DNA of 64,000 nt from Enoplolaimus lenunculus. Taxonomy: Eukaryota. Location: assembly GCA_030248215.1 (NCBI GenBank), contig JASANG010000864.1, forward strand, positions 62,001-126,000, in the 5' to 3' direction. The notes beneath the pieces are model-generated. The model saw only the letters and a list, made by a program, of their open reading frames with translations, was not told the origin of the DNA and did not search any database. Of the stretch, positions 12,665-24,555 are shown piece by piece. Position numbers and translations under genes: made by a program. The first letter of the stretch is position 1; each line of letters begins with the position of its first letter.

Positions 12665-15600
12665 CGTAATAATAATAATAAAGAAAAACAAACTTCATTA
12701 TCGCCGATATCGGCATTGGTAAGAATTACAGTGAAATGACAACTTGTAAATTCATTAACATTGTATACACAAAATTCGATATGGCTGCGGCAAATTGTAT
12801 ATATTAAGTCGCAAGGGTTATTTTACGTGTTTATCGCATAATTGGCGTTGAAAACGGAGACCATAGGTGCCACAGTCTATACACCGTTTAACATGAACGT
12901 ATCTTCCAATTCTATAGGCTCATGCACAAAATTGTTCCCATCCAACAGTTTAGTGAAACTATCAAATTTTGGCATAACTTAAGCACAGGATTAGTCTCAG
13001 CGTTAGGCGATACTCAGGCTGTCGGATTCTCGTCAGAAGAAAGTGTATAACAGCTCATTTCACACACACATATATATAATATATATATATTATATATTAT
13101 ATATACCTGTTGATAAACCACCTTGAAAACGCAGGCACAACCATGATGACAAACCAATAAATTGCTGAGCAAATCGTTAAAAAGAACAAGCAAATGTACC
13201 AAAACCATAGAAAAACGAATATTTTTTCGTTGAATATGTTAATTACGAGGACACACTGAACACTGTAGCGTTGGACCAACGAACCCATGGCGCGTACCTG
13301 GATAAAACACAACAGTTGGTGGGCGGCTTATAAAAATGTTCAAGAAATTGAATACGCGGCCCCGTCTTAGCGATGCTCACATGTTTAGGGTTGCGTATAC
13401 TTTTTAATGATTTTAATCGCATTTTAAACATGCCGACCCGGTCGCCGTATGTCGTCATTAATGACCGTGAGGTATCGGATACGAGACGGCCACATATAGC
13501 GACGGACAGAGGATGATCCAGAAATGTCTGACAAGGTGGGGGCGGGCAGGCATCATTTTTTGCAAAAATACTCTGAGGGGCAAATTGGATTTTTTTACAA
13601 AAAATTTTGTGTGGAAAAATTGTAAGGTTGGAGACCTTACCATTTTATCACAAAAACGCTGTAAACAACAGACCACCCTCCGCTGTTGCTTGGATGACCA
13701 CAGCTTGCAAAGCTGAACAATCAAAGCATAGCTCTGAGCTCTAGTGCATACGATTTCTGGCAAATGGTACTTTAAGGGGCGTAACAGTAGATTAAGCGTA
13801 TTCCTAAGCCTAAGCCTAAGCCTAAGCGTTGCAAAAATGTGTTCCTAAGGCTAAGCCTAAGCGTTGCAAAAATGTGTTCCTAAGCCTAAGCCTAAGCCTA
13901 AGCCTAAAGCCTGAGCAAGAAAATGTAATCTAGAATCCAAACCTACTCTTTTATGGACCCACTAGAAACCTGGACGGCCATTAAAGTAACATGGGCCCGA
14001 TTTGTCATGCTTAAATCCAAAATTACCATTTGCAGAGCAATCTGTTGCAATTATTCTCAGTTGATTTATAAATTTGTTATCGAAACTGCTTTCATATAAA
14101 CATAAAGGAGGTTCCGCCTGCTACAAGGCGTTGTATGAAATTACTGTATAACGTCGAACAGCGCTACACGAAGCGCCAGCCGTTAAGATGACGCCATACT
14201 TGTGATAACATCCGGCACCGTCCGTCATCGTACGAGACATCGTATGTGAATTTACTCCAGTACGATGCCGTATAGTGACGGATGGCGACGGGCAGCGCCG
14301 CACGACAAGTATAGTACCACCCTTTCTCGATCGATATGGGCAACTACCAACCCAAAAATGACGTCATGGAAACCTTATAGTAAGCGTCACCCATGCAATG
14401 TTCTACTACTGGTGGTTTGTTTGAAACCTGCGCAAGTCCCGTGGAAAAAACACCGTTCCCACGCTTTGTGCCCTAAGCTTACCTATATACGTGCATGCTA
14501 CGCGTGTGTTTGCTTTGTACTTACATGAAAATCGCACAACGTGACCCGTGGGAAAATTCCCGATACTTCCCACGTTGTCCCGGCGATTATATCGGTCAAC
14601 GCTCCAAAGCCATACATCGAATACCGAGATCGGCCCACGCTGTCTGGGGTGCTTCCAGCTGCCGCGGTGCCCAAAAACCAATTCATAAACACCAACTGAA
14701 CGATCACATTTGCTAAATATAGCGCTTTAACGCCAATATACACAAATGTAACAAAACACGCCGTATACGGTAAATTCAGGGGACGCAAATAGCGATGAGG
14801 GGCGAGTTTCTTTTTATAGAGACGTCGATGGAATCGAAGGGCGTTTTGAAGATGAAGCGTCAACGATTTTAAGTTCGCACGACGTACGTCATGCTCCAAG
14901 TTACGCGGATCGGTGCCTAGTGTAACGATGTCGTGGATTTGAATGCCTGAAAAAATGTGACAATTTTGAAAAATCAACTTTTGAACAGTGCCGCAGCTAA
15001 GGTATGCAAGCCTCCCGAACAAAGAGCGTAGTGGAAAAAAGGCAACTTATAAATCCAAACTTGCTCCCTGCCTCGAGATATATATTAGCCCATTCTCAAA
15101 TGAATATTTACTAATATGTATAAGAGTAAGATCTGATCTCAAGCAAAGGCTCGAATCGCAGCTTCTCGGGCGGGCAGGGCAGAGGCTACGTGTCGCGATC
15201 CCCCTCTCCGGGTACGTCGGCCCTAAAGCCCCCTTACGATCAACCAGGGCCCCAGTGTGTTCTGCGCAGGCCTGTTATGGTTCATCTATGCTCTATGTTG
15301 TTTTGCTAGAGCATCCCGTCTTAAATTTAAGATTTCGGACACCCAGCCATTGTCCCTAAAATGTGTTTTTTACCTGAATGCCCGGCCATATATTTCCACA
15401 AAATGCTTGGAAGTCGAAAACACGCTGCTTCGAAAAGTAAGAAAAACGGCACCCACTGATAGTACGAGATCTTCGACTGATACCGCTCGTTTTCATCAGT
15501 CGGAATTGATTCAGTGTCGAACGGCAGGAAGTATGTGTCTTGTGCCCAGCAGAAGTTTTCAGCGTACTGTTAAAAGCAAAACGAACGAATTAAAATGAAC

Positions 15601-16890
15601 AAAACTCGCATCTCCGCGTTCAAGATTCGTCTAAAAGCTTTAGCTTGCCCTATTGCTGGGTAGTTGTTTTCTTTCAACCTGCAAATATCTTTCTCTCGCC
15701 TACAATAAGCGGCTACAGTACCTCTGAACCGTCCGCAATTTCAAAAGACACTAAGCAAAGACGGGTACTGTCGCCACCAATTCCCCACACTAAGCAGCTT
15801 GTTAATAGAACAGCTAAAATTTCTAATGAAGTACTTTTGATTTTTTACGCTACAAAATGAGAACCGCATAGCGCCAGGAGCTTGGATGCGGCGGCCACAT
15901 AGACATAGAATCCGATGAAACTGCGGATTGAAAACTAAAACTGACCATACAACGCTACTCTATTATAAATTTTGAGGGAAACTAAAAATAACGTATTGCT
16001 TTGTACGTGCAAAACTGGCATGCATCTAAAAGTAAATATGGATCGAATAATGGAACGCTAGATTCAGAGGAGAATCTTAAGTTTGGATATTTTCCGTTGC
16101 CAGCTATCTTGTTAACTGGCACCCCGAGCAGCAATTGTTATATATACTAGGGTGCGACTGGATATCCGGCTCCGGTTCCGGCGCAAAGAATCGACATCCG
16201 GCCTGGATGCGAGAAAAAATCGACATCCGGCTCTGGCCTGATATTAGATTATCCAGCTCCAGTTCCGGCTGTTTTTGGTATCCGGTCGCACCCAGATATA
16301 TACGTTTATATGTAGAAGGATATATTTATGTCGTAGGCACATGTGCTTGCTTTTCAGGCCAATTACCAATCGGCCTTGGCCAATCTGCTATTAAAGTTTA
16401 CACCAATCAGATTTGATTACTTGGATAGAGGCAATACCGTTAACAAATCAGCGATGGTATTACAGCACTGTTGTTTTGCTACAATCGCAATTTCGCCAGT
16501 GCCAATCTGCTGTTTGCTCAAAATATCAGCTTTGCCTGGGTCAATTGGTTGGCCTAAGAGATATATGCAAGAATACTTGCTGCGAATGCAGTTATCTTTT
16601 GCACGAACTCTGCGGATTAAAACAGTACCGAATGAACTGATATTAAGCTACTTTTTACTGTATTCCTCGCAGATATTCAACCAGTATTTTGTGTTCACCT
16701 GTTCCCAAGCTGAAGGAAATATATCGGGTACCATACATTCGATAGGTTTGCCTCCAAACTGCTTAAAACTGGTCAACACAGATAGTGCCAGACAAATATT
16801 AGACGTCATAAAATAATGCAGCCGGTCAATATGGTCGTCGTCTGATCGGCGGCCCAAATAGCCGAGCATCGACAAAACGCTTGTCAGCAT
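11372..16890 (-). CDS. inx-10: Innexin (gap-junction/hemichannel subunit), isoform using proximal first exon 1a, 665 aa
   Basis: Exons 16699-16890, 15374-15566, 14525-14946, 13107-13297 and 11372-12371 join in frame (1998 nt). Motifs DRLHY, GGKPIEC, YAENFCW, YYQWVPFFL, FPRVTLCDF, QCVLVINIFNEKIF, YLKTDGLFIL. From memory it most resembles C. elegans INX-10 (VPDIF, EAACFRLPS, ALRFHRRL); the orthology is not verified. Confidence 0.9.
12619..12680. repeat. (AAT)n microsatellite in innexin intron 4
   Basis: Direct reading; one short interruption. Confidence 0.95.
13107..13297 (-). CDS. inx-10: Innexin constant exon 4 (end of EL2, TM4)
   Basis: atccag|GTA CGC...AAC AG|gtatat; VRAMGSLVQRYSVQCVLVINIFNEKIFVFLWFWY. 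Confidence 0.92.
14525..14946 (-). CDS. inx-10: Innexin constant exon 3 (cytoplasmic loop, TM3, EL2)
   Basis: tttcag|GC ATT CAA...TTT CAT|gtaagt; GIQIHDIV...KALYLANV...GIFPRVTLCDFH. Confidence 0.92.
15374..15566 (-). CDS. inx-10: Innexin constant exon 2 (second half of EL1, TM2); not in the ORF track
   Basis: ttaacag|TAC GCT GAA AAC TTC TGC TGG...TCA G|gtaaaa; YAENFCWAQDTYFLP...SYYQWVPFFLLFEAACFRLPSILWKY; phase-0 acceptor. Confidence 0.93.
16699..16890 (-). CDS. inx-10: Innexin variable first exon 1a (N-terminal helix, TM1, first half of EL1)
   Basis: ATG to phase-0 donor gtgaac; 64 aa MLTSVLSML...DDDHIDRLHY...SFKQFGGKPIECMVPDIFPSAWEQ. Confidence 0.92.
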
Positions 16891-19800
16891 GACTTAAGCT
16901 GTTGGTAAACAAGAAGTCGAGGGTTAATAAATAAAAGTCGAGACACTTTTTAAAATAAATTAAATTTTAAACTTCACGGTATTTAAAATAGAGTATTAAA
17001 ATGTGACAAAATATACCTTTATTACAAACTAATTTCAGGTATATAAGTAGGGCATTTCATTCGCACTGCCTTTTGCCCCCTCAGTATTGAAAAATTTAGC
17101 TGAAAAGTAACTTTCTAATATTTGTATTAACAACTATGTCTATTGGTTAAAGTTTGCGTTAGTTTCTGGCAAAAAAATTTTGGTCAGGTGAGAAATAGCT
17201 GTTATTTACAATTTCGCAAATCTTTATTTGAAAAACTCAAAAGTGCAGGTGGGATGATCAGGAGATACTACAAGAAGTCCAAATATGTAAAATTCCATGG
17301 ACCAATTAAATTTAAGTCTGTCTCGGAGGTGTCTTTAGTAGACCTTTAGTTTTTTGTTTGGGTGGTTTATAAACCGTAATTACTCAATACACATTGTTAT
17401 TCGCAGAATTTTTCGAGTGACAATTTTTAACCCATACATAGATGTGGTGAAATGGCACAAGTGAACATACATCAAAAATTTTCAGATATTCAAGAAGTAT
17501 TGTCTGAAATTTAAGATAATTTTACTATAGTACAGACTATATATTTTTTGAATTCCTGATATTAATTTCTTAAAATTTTCAGAAATATCGGTTTGAAATG
17601 TCTAAGAATTAAAGGTTGAAAATTAAGATTAATAGCGATTATGACAAAAATTTCTGAAATAAAGACAAATATGTCTCAAATTAAGACAAATTTTACACAT
17701 CACATTCAGACTAAATTAAACAGTTGATGTTCAGCCTAATTCCCAAATTTTACAACCTAAGATACGTCCAATACCAATATGAAACTCAAGTCGGAGGAAG
17801 TTTGAGCTTAACCCGAAGTACTTTCAAAATTAAACTGTTTATATACACTGCAAAAAATGGTGAGTCAAATTGACTCTCTCCGAAATAGGTTCTACGGGAC
17901 TACACAAACGGAGTCAAATTCGACTCCGCCAGAGTCAAATTCGACTCAAGCTTGACACAATTTAAAAATTCATGTATCCCAATAAACAATTTGTTTAATG
18001 TGAGTTTGACTCTCTTTGCAATAGTCGAATAACGTTCCTTGGTTGATTACGGGGAGTGTAGTCCCCTCGGACCCTCCTGCCAACGCGTCTGCCTGCTCCA
18101 CCTCAGTAATTATACATAAGTCGGACCGAAGCCATGTAAATGAAAAACAGTAACATATTTCGTTGAATAACCCGATGAATTTAACATTGCAAAATTCCAG
18201 TTTTTGCAATATTCTAACTGAAGAATAATAATAATAATAATACTAAAATTTCGGCTCAAACTTTCTACGATTATACATATCTCTTCACACTTATTCCTCT
18301 CAAAGTTCTGAGGTGCCAATAGTTTGCAATTTTGCTGTTTTTGCAGCGACGTTGGAAAAAACTTCAATACACTCATCATGGCAGGGAATTTTCAACGGCG
18401 GGTAACGCCATAGTGAAAAAAACTCGCGATCGAAACAAGCGAAAATCCGAACGTAATTTTAGTACTAAATCCTAATACAAAGTTTAGGTTTTGGTCCCAC
18501 TTGTGGATCATTGCCTACGAATGGATCCGATAAGATCAGCCACTGGCAATGCACTTATACTTTGAGTCAATTTTTCGCGCAAACAACACGACGTGCGAGA
18601 AACACTTGAGCTTACAGTGAGAAAATATTGGAATCCAAAAGATTTTTCAAGTCTCACAAAGTTAAAAAACACAAGCTAACAACAAACTTTTACATTTACG
18701 CAAATACAAACAGATTATGTTGTAGTTTTGCAATGACGAAAACTCTTTAACTTAGAATGAAAATGAGTGATGCAATAAAAGGCGCCCACAGCAATCGCCG
18801 CAGGGGGCATCCAGTGACGCAGCAACAGAGATGGCATGGGGCCGGTCCCCCCGATCCATTTTTGCAGTTAGAAATCTTGCAAAATATAGAATTAAAAATT
18901 TTATGAAAAAATAGTAACATTCCACTGCCTTACAAATCATTTAAATTGTAAATCTTATCTCGCTTAAAATTTAGCAAAGTTTGCGTATTAGACGCTTCCG
19001 GCTTAGGCTTCTGCTTTAGTCTTAGGTTTCTGAAAAAGCTTACTTAAGCCTAAAGCCTAACCTTGTGTCGAAGCGTTTACCTAAACCTAAACGTAAAGCC
19101 TAAACCTTACAGTTAAGTGTGGCGATTGGAATTGCACAAGAGTTGAAAATTTTGAAACCTATCGCTGTGATTGGTGGTTTTTAGTTTAATAAATTCTTAT
19201 TGTGAAAGTTCGATAGTTGAAACGTCTAATGTTTCCTGAATCCTATTATTTTTATGGCAAAAACATGACTCAGCTTAAAAAGAATTGAAAAATACAACCT
19301 ATTTCATCTCTCAGAGCAAAATTTTCTTTACAAAATAAGCAGCCGTTAATAAATGACGTATTCACAAGATACGCTTAACGTTGAAAAGTATTTTGTATCC
19401 GTAACCACCCATAAACGAGTGTCATTACTGGTCAAATTCAAAATTATAATCCGAAAAACGAAGGTGAAGCAAAAATTGTAAAGTAGAACAAACAAGATTT
19501 ATACAGGAACAGCAGGGAAAATTTTGCTAACATAGAATTGTTTTAAGCTGTAGAAAATTTTTGAGCAACGAAATGATCATGTCACAAGGGGTCTTCAACA
19601 CGCCCCCTTGTTCGCGTAGCTGCCGGATTGGTAAAAAGTCGGCCACGGATGTATACTATTCTTTGCTAATGACAAACTATTGTAAGTATAGTTGTTCGGC
19701 GAATGTACTACATTTTTACATCAAAGTAAACATTAAAAACATTAAATAAAAATGATTTAAAAAAGGTTTTGCACTAAACTGCAAACTTCAAACTTTCGTG

Positions 19801-20934
19801 TACTGTATTGCATTTTTGCAGTCGTCCGCTAAAGTGCAAACAACACACATTTGAGGGACATATCGCAGTACTTGGATAGTTTAAATTTTGAGCCTGTGAC
19901 TAAGCATCGAACGCAAAATCCTTTATCTAACAGCTGACAAATTGCTAAAACCACGTACGAGAGAATCTCTGGATGTACAGAAAATTAATTTATATAATTA
20001 TAGTTGGAATGGCCCACATACATATTTTGGGCAACATTCTAGCAATACTTTGTTTACATTATTTTCTTAGAACCAGAAATGTGATTGTTTCTATAAAAAC
20101 AAAATTTGCATGCAGATTGTTGTGCATTCGCTAACTTTTGCACATTGCGCAAAACCGGCTGATTTAGTATTAATTAAACGGGCGAGATGGATTAATGTCT
20201 TTACTATTTTTAAAATTCAAAACAATTTACCAGGTTTTGAACGAAATAAAAATTGTAGTCGGTGTTTAGCAATAAGTTTGCACGTATAACAATGCTAGCG
20301 GTACATCTATTTAATACATCGGATATAATTAATCTAAGAAACAGTTAACATTAAAAAATTGTTATCCAAACTATCCTGATCCTTGCTTCTGCCGCCCCAA
20401 CACTAAATCGGATTAACAAAATGTGTTGAGGTTTAAACTTTAGACATGACAGTAATAAATAGTAGTGCTATACTTTTGCCTTTCATTACCAGCGGCCCCA
20501 CTCAAATCAAAACCCTGCATTCGATTTTACACGCTTGGAGCATATTTTTGTTCAACTCTGTCTAGCCTTAAGTGTGGTCGTAGAATCGCATCCTAGACTA
20601 GCACACGGCAATTGATGTCCGTTGTACACTTTCCCCACCTTAGGCTTAAGATAGGCACAGGTCCGTAGCCAAGGAGGGGGCAGGGGGTTTGGCTCAGCCC
20701 CTAGACAAATTATGCCCCTCCCAGATTTTCAACCTTGCTTGTAGCTCACTGAAAACCTTTAAACGCCCCTCCTGAAAAATTATTAGCCCCCCTAGCAAGG
20801 TTGGCTGGCTACGGGCGTGGATAGACCAAACGTCTGGCAATATGTTAGGCTTGCGCTTTTAGGTGAGCCTTTTTCTAAACCTAAACTTGCCTCAGGGGGA
20901 GGTGAAGTATACCCGAAATCAATTTGCTACTTAC

Positions 20935-21129
20935 GCGTTCCCATGACGCAGGCATCATTTTCGGAATTATGCATTCTATTGGTTTACCGTTGAATTGTTT
21001 GAAGCTGACCAAAATTGCCAATGCGACTAAAGTATTGCTGGTAATAAAATAGTGCAAGCGGTCTATTTGATCATCATTTCGTCGTAAATTGAGAAGCGGC
21101 GTCACCGAAGATAATATGGTATGAAACAT
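20935..21129 (-). CDS. inx-10: Innexin variable first exon 1b
   Basis: ATG to phase-0 donor gtaagt; 65 aa MFHTILSS...NDDQIDRLHYFITSN...SFKQFNGKPIECIIPKMMPASWER. Confidence 0.85.
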
Positions 21130-21441
21130 TTTTGTTGTTATGCTGTTAAATTGAACGCTTATTTGAGTAAACTATTGTAAAAAATTTAAAATTATGATAT
21201 AAGGGATCGTAAATGACCGGAGTCGACCCGTATCATAATTTTGAATTTTTTACAATAGTTTACTCAAGCGAGCGTGCACTTTAGCATAGCAATTAGTATG
21301 TTTCATAACATATAGTGACACCGAAGATAATATATTATGAAACGCACTTATTGTTATGCTAAATTGCACACTTTCTGGAGTAAACTATTGTAAAAAGTTT
21401 AAAATTACGATAAGGGTTCGTAAATTGCCAGAGTCGACTCC
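21102..21441. repeat. Direct/inverted/direct triplication of the start region of innexin exon 1b
   Basis: Copy A 21102-21229, inverted copy B 21231-21312 and direct copy C 21319-21441 share tatgaaac...gagtaaactattgtaaaaa.tt.aaaatta.gata. Confidence 0.85.
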
Positions 21442-24351
21442 TAAATGTTGTGTGTATTACTGACTTTTAGAATCAAAAATGAAAAAGTGAAAATATTTTC
21501 CCGAATTATAAAAGCTTCACTGTGTGACCACCACTACCGTGAAAAAGGAATGCTGGTACCATCAGTGGAACAGGATTAGCTTCATATTTAGGCTTATACT
21601 TACGTTTACGTTTAGGTGTAGGCTTAAGCTTAAAGTAGGCAGACACTTAGGAGCATTTTCCAAAAATTAATAGCGGAAAGTTGTTAGATTCTTTTCACTC
21701 ATTTTGGTCTCATTCCAGGTCCGTTGCCAGCACATGTTGCTAGCGAAGCTAAACATGTTTGAAGAGGGGCATACAAGGGTTTTCGATAACTTACAAGCAT
21801 GGTTGAAAATGGGGGACAAAATTTTTCCGGGGGCTGAACCCTCCTCTAGCTACGGGACCGTATTAGCCAGACATACAAGACAGCGTTACAAACAAACGCT
21901 GTACTCTCATTTAAAGTCAACGATACGACTGTGAAAATCAAGGGGGGCTCCCCGCTCTATCAACGAATTTACTCGGCAGAGTAAAGTTGCATAATTTTTG
22001 GCAATATTCAAATAATTCTCTGTTGAACTCTCTTTGCTCTCCTACAAACTCGTTTTGCCAACCCGCTCTGCTAAAGATTAATGAATCCGAAGCGAAATTG
22101 AATGCCTAGCAGTCCGGAACGTATTCAAGGGTAGGGATAGAGAACATATCTGCCCCGAAAACTTCGGGATAAAAACAAGAAAAAACCTTCTCTATACTAA
22201 TCGTCAAATAAATATTTTACACGAGAGTATATGCCCTCCCAAACTGAATTCTTGGCTACGCCCCTGCCAGCTATTTTCGCGTCGTGCTAACGCTGAGCCC
22301 ACGTTAACTATAGAGACCCCTGCCAAGAAAGCCTAAGCCTACGTCAAAACCTAATCTTAAGCCTAAACATAAGCGAAACCTCACAGTCTCTAAGTCGTCA
22401 AATCTGAAAGTGTCCTGGTTCGCGGACACTTATAATAAACATGGAATATTCCCTATTTCGGTCAATGCTTTTTTTGGCGCAGGACAGAATTTGCTCGAAG
22501 GGCCTATTCATGGCACTGCATTACATTTTTAATTACTAAATTAACTTTGTACTAAACTTAAATTGATCTTGGGTAAAGAACCTATATTTTAACATATTTC
22601 TTGCTTTAGAAACATGCTGGCTGGGTATCTGAAATCTTACTTAAGTGTTTTCTTAAGTAATGCTTAAGTACTTACCAAAGTCGCCACTTAAGTAAATACT
22701 TAAATTTTCGAGCAAAAACAAATAAACGCCAAAAGTCCGCCATTGACCAGGAAAAAACAGGTTTGCTTTATATTAAGTAGGCACCATGAGTCTACGATTT
22801 CAAGTAGATCAAGATTAGTATGCTTGAACGGTTAATACGTAATCCATCAAAGTTAGTCTGCGACTTAATTATTTACTTAAGAAGTCTTACTTGAGTAGGG
22901 TTTTAGAATCAACCATTGTCGAAGTTTGCAAAATTAGGAACGACTTGCAATTTGCATGATTAGTTTAAAACAATTTCGTTCACGGGACAAATTCATCACA
23001 TGGAATATGTGGAAACAAAGAAAATGCAGCGAATCAGCCTTAGGAGCAGTTAGCTTCGTCATATCCAGCTATCATATTAAAATGTTTCTCGAAGGTTTAA
23101 AGACGGAGTTAAATTGGACAGGTGTCCCGACAATTCGTCACCCGACAAGTCGTCAACCGACAGCTAGTAATCTGACAGTCCGTCGATTCGACAATTCGTC
23201 GCCCATCATTATGCTTAGGCGTAGGTTTAGGCTCAGGTTTACCCTTAAGATTAGGCTTAGATTAAATAATAGGCTTTAAGACACAATTGGTCGGCAAGTT
23301 GTCGTGCGACTAATTGTAGATTTAATTGGACTGTATCGCATCGTATTGTCAAATTTACTTAGCTAAAGCGGGTATAATTCAAAACTTACTAAATCGTTCA
23401 AAATCGAAAAAATAAACTACGGCGAATATATTTCACACTGCGTTCCCATTTTTTAATATTTAAAAGCCTATTGCTGATTCATCTCAGCCAAAACCGCTGT
23501 ATATATAGACACAACCGAAACGCATATAAATTGACTTTGGCTTTACAATGTAAGCTGAAATATCAATTTTTTCGATGCAAAACATTGAAAAATTTTGGTT
23601 AATGTATGTTTATACTAGTATAAAAACAGAATTAAGGTTTTGGGGGTTGGACTTGGATATGTTTAGCAGCAGGGGCGCACTGAGAGGGATGACCGGGAGG
23701 CAATCATTAAATGCGTCATAATTTTCATTAAATACTAAAACAACGTCTACCTGGTCGCTCGCTTTGCTCGCGCGAATTTAACAGCTCAACAACTCCTGAA
23801 ATCAGGCTCAAAGTTAACTCGGGTTAGCTGACAGCTAACTTCGGATTTTTCCGACAAAAAATACGGGACCTGTTATTGTAAATGGTTCTTTTGGGTTAAA
23901 ATTTTGTAACAATCAGAAAGGGCACAATGCTCGGACTGAGTGATATTTTTGATAGGAATATGTAGCGTATTTTTGACCATGTAAAGATTGCCGCTGCAAA
24001 TATACTTAGCGAGGTCTATTGGCATTTTACCCGTTGCTATTTTTCCTTGAAAAGATGACTTACCTTGTAAATTACGCCAAACCCACGTGTAGTTATCTTA
24101 GCATTATCCTGGTCAGCTCAAGCGTCATGTTTGCTTGCTACGGGTCTAAATTATGGTAACCGGTGTATTGAAAACGCATAGTAAAAACGTAAAACCACAA
24201 ACTTTACAGCCACTACATTCTCAACTGCCAATAAGCCGGCACCAAATACAACCATTTCGAACGCTCTTTCGCTGTTTACATGGTTAAACCAAAGCCTGTC
24301 GTCCTATGCGTTCCCGAACCCTGACGCAAAATCCCGTCCAGCAAACCTTAC

Positions 24352-24555
24352 ATGCTCCCAAGTTTGCGGCAACCGTTTTGGAACCAAACATTCCAACGGT
24401 TTTTGACTGAACGTTTTGAAACTGATCAACCCGGCCATTGCAATTGAAATTCCGGCCGTCCAACGATAATGAAGCCGGTCAACAACATCGTCAACTGGAG
24501 CACCGGTTGAAAATAAAGCATCGCCGAACGAATAAAACGCTTCCGACAGTGACAT
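24352..24555 (-). CDS. inx-10: Innexin variable first exon 1c
   Basis: ATG to phase-0 donor gtaagg; 68 aa MSLSEAFY...VDDVVDRLHYRWTAG...SFKTFSQKPLECLVPKRLPQTWEH. Confidence 0.85.

Noticed and set aside
16699..24555. Three separate tandem innexin genes
   Set aside because: I could not find YAENxCW, YYQWVP or FPRVT exons between the three first exons; only one constant region is visible.
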